Positions 38,260 to 49,792 of a DNA stretch of 64,000 nucleotides are shown in pieces. How positions within the stretch are numbered: the stretch's first letter is position 1; the number at the start of each line of letters is the position of its first letter. A model generated the notes under the pieces. That model did not search any database. It was given only the letters and a program-made list of their open reading frames with translations, and was not told where the DNA came from. The position numbers and the translations under genes are program-made. Source of the DNA: Raillietiella orientalis (Eukaryota); assembly GCA_036172245.1 (NCBI GenBank), contig JAYWIR010000002.1:5394001-5458000 (forward strand), given 5' to 3'.

Positions 38260-41200
38260 GTGGGGAGAGCCCGTCCGCCGCCGCGTGGGCGTAGGTTGTC
38301 CCGGCCACCGTGCTGTCCCACGGCTGCCCGAAGCGCTACGGCCTTTCGAGGTGCGAGCACTCCTGTGGGTAGGACCCTGGCAGAGAAGCTCTCCCTGAGC
38401 CGCCGCTTTCATCGCAGGACCCGGGAGAGGACGGATGACCTCGCCGCCGCGTTCCATGGGCACGCTGCCGCCGCCGTCAACGTAGAAGGGAATTCCACTT
38501 CTGCTACCACCAGGGTCACCTCGCCACCCACAACAGGAAAGACTTCTGGCAGTGGCGATCATCGAGAGCATCGCCATTCATCATCACAGTTGGGACGCCA
38601 CCGCCATTCTGCTGCTGCCATCAGCAACGTCACACGAATTGTACTACTGATTCTTGCAGCGTGTAGTGAGATGTGCTGTGTTGCCACGGCTGATGAGCGG
38701 TAATGTGGTTGCTGTCTGTCGTGAAGTGCGCTCGTTCGAATCAGCTGCCGCTCCTAGCGGCCACCAGCCACCCTCACCCCCTGGAAGCGAACCCCAGGGG
38801 CAAGGACTCTTTCCTCTGGCGCTGCTCTCAGGATCGCGCGGCAGCTGCTGTTCGAGGCGGGGAAGGGGAAAACGGGGAAGGTCGGGGACGAGTCCCGGCC
38901 TGCAGCCGCCGCCGCCGCACATCTGCCGTGCGCCGGAAAGGTCCAGCAGGTGGACGAGAACGGACGCGAGACGGAGGCATCGACTGGACCACCTGGCCGT
39001 TGCTACTCCACGGATACTGCTGGCACGTCCTCCTCCTAGCGCTGGAGAGCTCGACCCACCCTGCCCGCCCGGTGGCGTGCGCGTGGCGTTTCGCTCGCGA
39101 AGCAGAGGGACGTCCTGGCGCACTCTCAGCCTCCTCTGGCGGCGGCCGCGAGTGGGAGATGAGGAACTCCTTGAGTGAGCGCGCCTCCCCCTTCCTCCTC
39201 TCCTTCTCACCCGCAGATGCTGCAAAACATGTTTTCAGCTTCTTCGAGATGGAGCTATCTCTCCCTTGCCCTGTCGCTGCAGCATCGAGACACCTCGCCT
39301 GCTCCGAGGCCCCCAGGCGCGGTGCCCTTGCCGGCCTGTGTCTAGTAACGGCACTGTTTACGACCTCACAGAGATCACCATGGTCACTGTTTTTCTGCTC
39401 CGAGTGACCACGTATACGCGTTTTTTCCCTTCCACCTTGGAGCAGTAGCGGTGGCAGCGGGCAACAAAAGTGGCTCCTCCCCCCTGCCTGCTCCACGCGT
39501 GAACGCGGATGGAATGTGTCGATGCCGAGATGGGTGGGATCGTGGGAGGAGGACGCGCGCGGGTTCCGCCGGGTTTGCAGCCGCCGTTCCACTTACGTCC
39601 TTCCGCAGGACGCAGAGGAGAACGAAGAGAGCGAGGCGCCGCCGCGGGATGGCGCCCAAGCGGCTTTCTCCGTGGCTCTCGTGCACTCGGCCGCCGGCTC
39701 CGCCCCTCCGCCTTCCTTAAGAATGCGCTCATCTGAGAAGGAAGGGAGGGGGAGGGGGCGAGCCACCCGAACTGTGCGTCAGTTGCCAGCCCGGAGGCAC
39801 TCACTCCTCCTCCTCCTCTCCGTCGCTCAGCATGCAGCGGCTCTCTGGTCAGGTCCACGAGGACACCACCTCCTTCCTGCTTTCCTCCTGCTTTCAGATG
39901 CGCGCTCAACGAGGGGAGCCAGACGAGTAAGAACATTTTTTCGAGGTCGGGTCGGATCTGGGGAGGACCCCCCACGGGAGCGTCGCCTTCGGTTTAGTCC
40001 GATGTTCCTCGGAGGTCACGCCCTCTTCTATGATGCGGACGAACACGGTCGCCGGGGCAGAAAAACCCACGCGCCTCGAACGCGGGAGGGTGGGCAAGTG
40101 CAGGATAGGAGCGATGGCCACCGTGCTGGAAGCTCCCTCTTACGAGAGGCAGTTCTCCCGCCAAATAGTGCGAAAACATCGGACCCGGGGGCGACGCAAG
40201 GCTTGAAAAAGCGCGGGAAGAGGATCCCTCCTCCCGCTTCCCTCTTTCAAGGTGTTGCCGAGGTATTCCGCCTGGCAGAGAGAGGTGGCCGAGGAGATTT
40301 CCGTGCCGGAATTTCCTTGCCTTCCTGAACGCGTTCCGTCTATTCACGCGCGTGGTCCTTGCGGCTCAGTCTGGTTCCCGATGGGAGGCACGCGAAGATT
40401 CCCGGGGAAGAGTCCGAGGGGGGTAAGTGAACGACACCGAAAGGGTGATGGGTGAGAAGCGCACGCCGGAGAACGCTCTTCAGCACTCGGGTCGTTTCCA
40501 TGGAGAGAGAGCAGTCCAGGTTCGCGAAACAGGCAGATCCATGGCTTCATGACATGAACAGTGGCGTGACGAGATGGGATACTTTTGGCACCACCAAGAT
40601 GTGTGCGGATCCTGACAACTGGTTTTAGGGGTGCGAGTCGTCAGAAAGATGAAACCGAGTGGGATCGAAAAGCTGATTCGAGAAAACTTGGCGATTCGTG
40701 GCGTGTCCAGCCTCACGTTTGTCCTCTTCTACGGAAGTACGGATAAAAAACACATGCTCTTCCAAAGAAACCTCCTCCAGAACCGAAATTTCATGTTTTC
40801 AGAATCCCCCCTCCTCGTTTCCTTCTGATATTGCACTCAGCTTCCTGCTGAAGATAGCAAAAACACCCGAAAGCACAAAAATTCCCCCGAGATCCCTTTT
40901 CCTCAGAGAACTCTCACGCAGAAAACTCCCATGTACGCGATCGCCTGAGCGTAGCCAAGTCTGCTGGCGTGCATTGCCGCTGCCCTCCTCTTCCGCGGCA
41001 GATTCTGAGGATACGAATTTCCTTGCCATCTTTTTCCACTCTGCGAGCTGAACAGCGTCCTTTCTTCCCGTTTCAAAGACAGCAGGCTTCCTATCTTTCT
41101 TTCCTCAACCTTAGCTCTTGATAAAAGGGACCTGTTGGCATCGTCTACGACCAAGTACTCGCCCAGGGGATGGTTGTTTGCACTTCAGAGAATTGAGAGC

Positions 41201-41512
41201 ACCATATAATACGGTTCCCGTGGCAGATGGCTTGTGTCCTCGTGTTTTTTTCATGCCTAGGCAGTCTTCTTTCAGAGAGGAAAATAGTCAACCTTCAGGG
41301 CTATTCATAAATGGCAAATTCGCAGACATGTAAACAGCGCCGGAAGAGAATTTTCTCAAATTCAAACTGTGCTTAAACGGAATTCCCTCGTCATGGCTCA
41401 GCGTTCGTGCCGCACATCCGTGACTGGGTTACCCATACCAGGAGAAACACACCCGCCGTGCCAGCTGTTGACCGTTCTGAGACTTGAGATCAAGAGTCTT
41501 TTGCACCTATCC

Positions 41513-41547
41513 CGCTTTTATCATAAGCCAAAAAGCCGAGAAGCGAT
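41513..41547 (-). pseudogene. U2: 3'-truncated U2 snRNA fragment
   Basis: The minus strand reads ATCGCTTCTCGGCTTTTTGGCTTATGATAAAAGCG. The first 22 nt match the conserved U2 5' end ATCGCTTCTCGGCCTTTTGGCT at 21/22. Similarity fades at about nt 35 and there is no stem IIa or Sm site. Confidence 0.7.
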
Positions 41548-43139
41548 TCCATCCGCTCTTCGGATTATTTTCCTTTGCATGAATGAGCACACGGAATTTG
41601 TTTCCCACGAAGTGGGGAGGAAAGGGGAGGGGAGTTAGTCTCAGACGTGAGCGGCTGGAGAGGAGCATCCACGATCCTTTTGCTCTCACTTTGCCCGCAA
41701 CGAGAGAATGCTTAAAGTGCATCTTCTCAATTCCCCAGGGTTTTTTTTTTTTTTTTTTCCCGCTTCCCAGAGGACAGTAAAAATTTTAAACCCAGTTCCA
41801 GCCGCTTTTCCGAAAGCATGTAGATGCCTCAGGCGCATTCGCTCTCGTCTCCTTCCAGGCTTGTAGAAGGCATTTCAGCATCTACTGCCTGCCTCGTGCT
41901 TCTGTCCCTTACGATCTTCACTCCTAGAATCTAGTCGAAGGAAGCATCTGTGGAAGACAACGCCTACTTGAGGTCGTCTGAAAGCGTCGCATCCTCGAGG
42001 CATTTGCACATCTATTCGCAGGTCAAGATCCGCTCATGCTGATGCGCATTCCGACCTCCAGGCCTGCAATGGATTCCGCGAAAACGACGCGCGCATGGCG
42101 TCTCTCTTGAAAGTGTGGCACCGAAGTCATCAAGCAAAAACGGCACGCGCTCGTTCATGGAGGCACCGGAACAGCGCGGAACCTGCCGGCGCCGTCGGGC
42201 GTTAAAGTCAGTTTGCGGGTCATGCGCAGCTCTGAGTCCTGAAGAGCGGGAGGGAGGGGAAGGGCCGGGTGGCTTCCCCCTTTGTGCCCCGGAGTCACAA
42301 CCGTCGAAACTCTGAAGGTCAGTCGTCCTCCAGAGTCTCAGGTCGATTTCGGGAACACATCCGAAGGACTTCCAGACTGAAACACTTCTGGTGTCTCCCG
42401 GAGAGGGGTGCGCCAGCACCGGCGTGGGGGAGGGAGAGGCCTCTAGGCGAGAACCCGAGGGATGGAAAAGAGGAAAAGCGAGGTGCCTCGTCATGCCTCT
42501 GTCGCATTCCAGAATTCCGGGGCGAAGCTCTGTCGGGCTCGCCGCTCATCCCGGAAGGGATGTAGCTGGCTTGGCGGCGGGAGGAGGATCGCGGGAGGGC
42601 AAAAGGCTCCTCCATGGAAACTCTGTACGAGCCAACTCGTTGCCGGGCGTTCGGCGTCCTGGTGGCGAGATTTTTCTGATTGCTTCCTCCTCCCCCTCTT
42701 TTCTCACCACCCCACTGGTTTTCCACAGGCGGGTTCGTTGCTCCCAGGGGGCGCTTTCTGGCAGCAGAATTTATGGCCCTTTCGCAAAGAACGGTAACCT
42801 GACAACGAGGCGAGTGTGCGCGCGCTCTTCCCTGGAGTTCCGGCTGGACGTTCCTTCCTCCCCCTTCTTCTCCTCCCTCAGTTTCTCCCATCTTCGCTTC
42901 CCCAAGAGGCGGAGGAGAACCAGTGCACCGATCGGCCCCTTCGGGAGGGGCTCGTCCCTTTTAATGGTCGCGACTGGGAAGCGGTTCAGGGGGAGGGGGC
43001 AGAGGGGGCGGGCGTCCTTTGTTCCTCCCCTCTCCTGGTGCTTCGCCCGAGTTCGGCGGGTACACCTCTCCTCTGGTCACGAGGACGATGCGGGTGGGGC
43101 GGGGGTTCACAGCAGAGGGCAGGGAGGGAGAGAACGTGG

Positions 43140-44807
43140 TCAGTCGACGAGCTGGACGGTGGCGTAAGCGTTGAAGGTCACCCTCTTGCTCTCGAGAGTC
43201 CTCTCTCCTTTTTTCATGACCGACTTCACCTGGCCGGAGCGGGGAAACGCACACGATCCCTCGGGCGCCGCCGCCGCCGTGGAAGGGACGCAGGTCAGCT
43301 TCCTCGAAGGGAGCCTCATCTTCCTCTTCAGAGTCACGCTGAGCTCCCGGAACTTGCGAGGGAGGTCCCCGAGGGGGTCGTCGCTGGCCGGGGAGCGGCG
43401 CCGCCGCCGCCTCCGTTGTTCCGGGAGAACGGGACAGCAGAGGGCCGCCGCCGCCGTCCGAGGGAGCGGAGGGCGTCCGGGGAAGGGGCGGACCCGCTGC
43501 CTGGCCGGGTCGCCCGGCGAGGAGTCCCTCCGGCGCAGGACGAAGGCGGCCGCACAGTGTCCAGACGAAGGGAAGAACTCGCTGCCGCCGCCGCCCCATT
43601 CGTGGCGCGCGGCGCCACCCAGCAAGGGGATGCCGACGGGGATGACCTCGAAGCGGAGGGGTCCTCCGTCTCCCCGGGAGGCGGAGGCGTCGTCACGGAA
43701 AGCCCGACCAAGAAGTCCGTCCGCCCGGACGGGGACGAGGGCAAAGCTGGCGCCGCCGCCGGCATCTTCCCGGGGAAGCTTCCAGAGGGAGCGAGTTGGG
43801 GCGAGGGAGCGCCCCTTCCAGGTAGTCACCGCCCCGACTCGCTGCTGCTGCTGCTGCTGCTGGGGCTGGGGCTGCTGCTGGGGCTGGGCCTGCTGCTGGA
43901 GCTGATGCTGGGCCTCCCGCAGGGACGGTCGCGAAGGCGTTGCCGCCGCCACGAAGGAGACCGGGGATGGTCGCCGTCGGAGCGAGGGGGGGGCCGGCGA
44001 GAGGGCGCCAGCTTGGGCGTCCTTCCCTCCACCGCCTCGGGCATCCTTCCCGGCGAGCTCCCGGCCGAACTTTTCCAGCCTCAGGCGCGTGCTCTGCTCG
44101 CTGAAGACACGCCACAGGCGCTGCGACGAGCTCTCATTGACACACTCGAAGACGAGCACACGCAGCTGCCCATCGGGCCGGCCCTCGCGGACGCGCCGCG
44201 CGGCCCACAACAGCACCCGGGGGTTCTCTGGCTCTGTGTGGCAGAAGGAGATCTCGCCGAAGGTGAAGAGCTCCGAGGAGGGCGGCGAGCGTCGAGGGTC
44301 CACCGAGCGCCCGCGGCGCCACCGCCGCCGGGGAGATGGCGTCCGGGAAGGTGAGGCAGCAGCGGCGGCGGCGGGGGGGGGAGAGCCGGCCCGTTCATCT
44401 CGGGACGCTCCCCCTCTGCCCCGTGGCGGTGACTCCAGGTCGGACTCGAAGCCCTCGTCGTGCCGCCGATAGAAGATGCGCAGACCCTGCGGGCCGCACT
44501 CGATCTGGCAGGCGCTCTCTTCGGGCTCTGCGGTGACAGCCGCCGCCGGCGGCGGGGAGGACGCGGGGGAGGGCTCCGGCGAGGAGAAGGAGGAAGAGTC
44601 GGGGGAGGGGGAGGAGGAAGAGGAGGAGGAAACGTCCTGGGCGCTGCCACCGCCTTCCGCGTGCCGCCTCCCCCGGCGCAGCCGCCTCCTCCGCCGGCGC
44701 TTCAGGCGCTCGATGAGGTCGTGCAGGGACTGCGGCGTGACGTCACCGCGCACCTCCTCCACGCCCAGCGAGGTGGCGTCGCAGCAGAATCGCCCGCCCT
44801 CCTCCAT
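43140..44807 (-). CDS. PTB/PID-domain adaptor protein with C-terminal PP1-docking-like motifs (~555 aa from the ATG at 44807)
   Basis: Uninterrupted ORF. PTB elements: FCCDATSLGVEEV..LHDLIERLK, CQIECGPQGLRIF, FTFGEISFCHTEPENPRVLLWAARR, LRVLVFECVNESSSQRLWRVF. It also has a polyQ tract and ends KSVMKK..SKRVTFNAYATVQLVD*. A splice acceptor CTTCTTGTCTTCCAG opens the exon at 44857, so an upstream exon may exist. Confidence 0.75.
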   Translation of the reverse strand: MEEGGRFCCDATSLGVEEVRGDVTPQSLHDLIERLKRRRRRRLRRGRRHAEGGGSAQDVSSSSSSSPSPDSSSFSSPEPSPASSPPPAAAVTAEPEESACQIECGPQGLRIFYRRHDEGFESDLESPPRGRGGASRDERAGSPPPAAAAAASPSRTPSPRRRWRRGRSVDPRRSPPSSELFTFGEISFCHTEPENPRVLLWAARRVREGRPDGQLRVLVFECVNESSSQRLWRVFSEQSTRLRLEKFGRELAGKDARGGGGKDAQAGALSPAPPSLRRRPSPVSFVAAATPSRPSLREAQHQLQQQAQPQQQPQPQQQQQQQRVGAVTTWKGRSLAPTRSLWKLPREDAGGGASFALVPVRADGLLGRAFRDDASASRGDGGPLRFEVIPVGIPLLGGAARHEWGGGGSEFFPSSGHCAAAFVLRRRDSSPGDPARQRVRPFPGRPPLPRTAAAALCCPVLPEQRRRRRRRSPASDDPLGDLPRKFRELSVTLKRKMRLPSRKLTCVPSTAAAAPEGSCAFPRSGQVKSVMKKGERTLESKRVTFNAYATVQLVD

Positions 44808-45692
44808 GGAGACTCGTGCTCCCCCTTCCAGCTGCCGGCCCCCAGGAGCGGGGAAACCTGGAAGACAAGAAGGCGTGAGGCACGCAGATGAGGGAGTTGG
44901 GGAATCACAAACCATTCCCCTCCTCTCACCCCTCTTCCTCCCCCTTTCTTTCGGAGGCAGGGCGAGCGCCCCCCTCCGGCCGGTCAGAGGGGGTAAGCGG
45001 AGACGGCAGTGAACGGGCAGACGCCCCGCGGCGCATGCGCGCGCGCGGATCGCCGCCCCGGTCCACCCTGTATCCAGGTCAAGCGTGCCCGGAAGATCCC
45101 ACGACCGCCTGCGGGTGCCGGCACGAATTTGCGGCGCCTCCGAGGCCTTCGTGATCGCGGGGCAGCCGCGTGCGTCGCCGTGGAAACGCTGGTTCTCCTC
45201 CCGCGCCTCGTCCTCTGCCGGAGGGCGTCCGAGTCGGCCGCCGCAGTCGGGGCGCCGGAGGAGCCTGGAGGAAGCGCACTGCCGGCTCCTACTCCCGTTT
45301 GAGGGAGACCCTTGGGGTAGCCCTTGGTCAGCGGTCTGACTGATCACTTCTACTCTGGCCCTTCCCTTTGTCGGACGTGGAGGGGCCGTCTGCTCCTCAG
45401 CAGGAGGAGGTCGGAGGGGGTTGCCAAGGCGACCCGAGCTCAAGGCCGCTTCCCTCCTTACGCCGCAGGGCGTTGCCGCCGCCTGCGGGAGGCGTAGGAG
45501 GCGCTGTCCAGCGCGCGCATCCCGCCGAGCGCTCGAGGGGAAGCGCTGTGCTGCGGGCGCCCCACGGAGTGCGCCCCCGAACCCCGCCGCGAGAGACCGT
45601 CGGCCTGCAGGTGACCTGGGGAACGCGACCTGTCTTCCCGCTGCGCCCCTCCGGTGTCCGCAAAGTAGCGGTGATGGCGGAGTGGCGCCCGC

Positions 45693-45730
45693 GAGAGCCC
45701 TTCTAGGGCGCTCGCCCTAGAAGGGCTCTC
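45693..45730. repeat. Perfect 18-bp inverted repeat with 2-nt spacer
   Basis: GAGAGCCCTTCTAGGGCG-ct-CGCCCTAGAAGGGCTCTC. Confidence 0.95.
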
Positions 45731-45754
45731 TTCCGGAAGGGAGGGGCGGAGAGA

Positions 45755-45793
45755 GATGGCACAAGAGACACCGACGATGGCACAAGAGACACC
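45755..45793. repeat. 18-bp tandem duplication with 3-nt spacer
   Basis: GATGGCACAAGAGACACC-gac-GATGGCACAAGAGACACC. Confidence 0.9.
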
Positions 45794-45899
45794 CCAGTCC
45801 TTCTGGGCTGGGGTCTTCGGGACAACTTGGCGAGGAGGCTCCCAGAGTCTCGTCTGGTCCATAGGAGTCTCCCCATGAGCCACTCGCTCTCCAGACGAG

Positions 45900-47050
45900 G
45901 GACGCACCTCCCGGGGGAACCGACTGCAAGCCAGGAAGTGCTACTCCTCACGGAGGGGACTCGTTTCCCTGTTCTGAGGGCAGAGGGGCCTTCCAGCGTC
46001 CCTTGGAGCGAAAAGGGGTCGAAGGGGACACAGTGAAGGGAGGCATCAAGTTCAGGGGTCTGGGTGCCACCATCCAGGCGGGTGTTACTCCCGGAATTGC
46101 CCTTCCTCTCCAGAGAAGGGGCGGAGGGCATCTCGGACTCTCCATCCCCGAGTGGCACCGACTGGAGCCTTGCGGGAAGCCGAGCTTCGTGCTCCCGCCG
46201 CCAGGGGTAGGACCGTTCGCTCCGAGGTCGCTTCCGCGGCCGCCGCCCCCGCGTTCGTCGGGGGCAGAGGGGTGCTTCGGCAATGGGCCGCGACAAGGGC
46301 TGAGCATCTTCGTCGCGGTCCACGCCGCAGAGGATTTCGCCGAGGTCTCTGGGCACCGGCCAGCCGACCCTGGCTCAGTCCCCTGCCGGGCACAGGAAAG
46401 GGAGGGAGGGGCCTCTGCGGCCCCGCCGTCGCGGCCCGTCGCTCCGGACGAAGGTCGTAGGGGGAGGAGTCAGAGGGAGAGCTTCTGGTCTCCCCGCGGG
46501 TGTCCGTTGCGCCCCGCCTTTGCCCCTGCCGCAGCAGCACGCCCCGAAGGGCAATCGAAGGGCTCGTTGCCCCCTCCCCCCGAGCCTCTCGAACCCGCAC
46601 TAGTTCTTCCGGAGGGCAGCGTAAGAAGCACTGCGCATCGTCACCTCTGCTCCTCGGGAAACCATGGCAACCGTACCGTTTTCCGCCGTTGTCCTCCCGT
46701 TTCCCCCTCCCCTTGCGGGGCTCACAGGCGGTCTGACGATCCCTGAGAGACATCCCCGCCCCCTTCCACTCGCCATGAATCCTTCCTTTCAGTAGGACTT
46801 TCGTATGTTGGCAGCTACCCTCTTACAAGCAGGTGGGAGGGAAGCTCTTCCCTCTTCCCGGAATGCAGCCTCCGGTTCCTTTGACGATAAGCACTCCGCC
46901 CTCGGACCGGGACGCGCGCAAGCGGCCGTCTTCCGGAGATGCGCGATCCGAGGTGTAGGGAGCCAGAGGAGACGGACGGAACCCGCCTGCCTTTCTCTCG
47001 AGGGGGCGACGAAGGAGATCGAACCACCCGGGAGGTCGCCTTCGCACCCC
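45900..47050 (-). mobile_element. L1/Tx1-like RT fossil
   Basis: RPLARV, IVKGTGGCIPGR (Q.gfipGR) and LPSEQG (lprEqGG) remnants. Confidence 0.35.
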
Positions 47051-49792
47051 TTTTGGACGACCCTTCGAGCGAGGGACGCCCTGGGTGCCCTGTATGACTC
47101 AGCGTGCCAGCCGCAGGGGTTCGTCGCTGCCGCTGGACTCCTCCTTCCGCCCCTCCTCCCGGAGGGAGTCCTTCCCCTCAGGCATCCTCGTGACCTTTCT
47201 ATTCCCTCCTCCTCACTATCCTTGCTGAAGCCCCCGCGAAGGGACGGCGGCGCCTTCGCCCCCCCCTAGGTGGGAGACCATCGGCGGTCGCGTTCGGCGG
47301 CCACGCACCTCCGACTTTCCGCTCCTCCGTCCGGGATCAGCATGGAGGAGTCTGCTGCTTCGCCCTCCGTCGTTGTGGGGGACAGGGGGGAGGAGAACGC
47401 TTTTTCGCATGTTTACCCGGGCCCTAACCGTTCGCCGGTTTGCTGAAAGCTCCGCGCCCTCACTCCAGACAGCCTCGCGAAGGGCCTCTGCCCAACGGAC
47501 CCTCTCCCCGCCTTCCCGGGGAGAGTGCGCACAGAACCCACAGGACAAGGGCGGGACGCGGCTCAAGGTCGTCTCGTCGAAAAGGAAAAAACAACAAAAA
47601 AAAAGGGGGCGCGAAGGCAGAGGAGGGTGGATCTTTGAGTTCGGTGCGCGAGATTTCGCGTCCTCCCCCTACAGACGCGAGCCTCTTCCCCTAAAGAGGG
47701 GGAGGTCGGGTCCTCTGTCGCTCGGGGTGCTGCCAGTGCTCAGGGAAAGGCGGACTCCTCGATCACGAGGGCACCTGTTCGTCTGCCGGGCAGGCCCCCT
47801 TTCTCCTGAATCCCTAGTCCGCCCTTTTCCCTCATCCCTATTCCTGCGAATTCCCTGTTTGTTGGAGGCGCACCCTTCTCGGGCGTCTCTGTTGCGCCAG
47901 CCTCCCTGAGCAGCAGCTGCGCCCGACCAGCGGCCTCCCAGGCGAAGTGCAGGAGACAGGTCCTCTTCCCCCGTTCTAAAAATAGACTCCCCTGAGAGCG
48001 CGCGGTGAGCGAGAGGGAGGGAAACCGATTCTCAGAACGGCCGGCACTGCGCTCACCGGGCGGTGGCGACGAGGAGGACGAGGGACCTCGAGGGAAGGCC
48101 GCCAGAGCATCTCGAAGAGCAGAGACGGTCACCTTCACCCTCACTTTCGGAGCTGCTAGGGGCGTCCCGGGGGAGCTTTACGAGTGCGGGGAGAAGAAAC
48201 GTCCCACCATGGCGTGTGGACGGAGCGGAGCGGGAAAGAAACTCCTCCCCCCAGCCCCTCCCCCCATCCTCACTCTCAGTTCCCCTTGCAGCGAGCTTGC
48301 GCTTGGGATGGCCTTTGCCCTTCCCGACCACTCACAGAAGGGGCGGGGGATGGAATTTGGACGGAGTGAGGAAGCCCAGTGGGCCAGCCTTCTCCCACGA
48401 TCCGAGAGTGCTAAGACCCGCGAGCCTGCCCACGCGAGTGGTCTTCTCCGGGGAGCCTCGAGACACGCACTCGGAGGGAACGAGCGAGAGGATGCGGGAG
48501 CGCACGAAGCGGGTGCGTAGGGAGCTGGCCGAGGGTCGGGGAAAGGAAGGAACCCTGGAGGGCTCACCTACCTTTGGGTGGCGCGCAGGGAGCACGCAGG
48601 CCCTGCCTTCTTCTCCGCTCCTTCGGGCTCTGCGTTCACCAGGCTGCCTCCCGCCGGCACCGCGGCGCCGAGGACGAGCGAGCAGGCGACATTCCAGCGG
48701 CCGAGTGCGGGGCTCGCGTGACGCGCGGACGGACGACACCTGCCTGACGACGCGAGCGTGCCTCGTGGCTGGCAGTTGCTGAATGGAGCCCATCGAGCAG
48801 ATGAGCAGGAAAGTAGGCTGGCAGCGGAAACCTGTCTTTAATTCAGGTCAGCGAGAAGATCTGAGCTGTGCTGACCTCTTTCATGAAGTCTGAATTCAAG
48901 AAACACGCACAGCTGCGCAAGAGGAAGGGGAAGAAGGGGAGGAGAGAGAGAAGAAGAAAAAAAACCTCCATGATGAATGGATAAGCGGGCTTTCTGTGAG
49001 ATACCTGCGGTAACAGAAACACACTTTTCGCGTGTCTCTCAAGGAGTGCCTAGTCCACTTCTTCGGCTGCTGGAGCCAGAGGCGAATTTTCGTTCCGGAG
49101 ACAAGGAATTTGAGCGAGATTCTTGCTTCTCCGTGCTGCGATCAACCGTCTCCGAATGGAATCTTCCCACACCTGCTCCAGGAAACGGCAACCGATCGAA
49201 CCCTCTTTGTTTCCAGCCCGCTTTCCTTTTTCTTCCCGCCGTCACCCCTTTATGTGTGCGCAAGCGCCCCTCACTCTGGAAATTACGCAGAATAGTCGGC
49301 GCTTCGCCACAGCAGCCTCAACAACGAGATCAGCAACAGCGAACTGCCTTAACAAAGGGATCAACCGTGAGCTTGACAACGCGCGTCGACAACGAGATGA
49401 ACAGTGCTTCGTCCACGGCAGTTTCCGGCAGATTGATTGGCGATCGTGAACTTCCGTGGAATTTGATTGACTGAATACCCGCTTTCAGTTGCTCAGCATC
49501 TCTATCCTCGCATCATCCTTTCGCGTGTGCAGCAGTTTATTGCTTCTCTGCTCCCAGCATTTGCTCCATTCAAAGATTCCTTTCCCCTCCTCATTAGACG
49601 TAAACACTGATCCTTGGTATTTTGTTTTTGTTTCGCCACCTGTCTGAACGCTTTCAAGTGTGAGCGAGAATATTTTCAAGCACAGGTATTCAGGTGGGTG
49701 TATTTACCATGGTGAAATTTCAGAGATGCAGCATCGTTCGCTTCTCCTCTCTGAAAATTGTCATTTGCATTTTCAAGACATTTAGGCCCCAT

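Noticed and set aside
37306..38703. 465-aa plus-strand ORF
   Set aside because: Arg/Pro/Ser-rich with no motifs, and it spans a LINE-derived patch. Consistent with stop-codon scarcity in GC-rich DNA.
41580..41600. Possible snRNA PSE upstream of the U2 fragment
   Set aside because: Only AATTCC resembles the insect PSEA and the spacing is off, so support is insufficient.
42816..44354. 512-aa plus-strand ORF
   Set aside because: Antisense shadow of the GC-rich PTB coding exon; no domain features.
44858..45443. N-terminal extension of the 767-aa ORF
   Set aside because: Non-ATG start and no protein-like features. A strong splice acceptor sits at 44858-44859, so this is probably intron or UTR.
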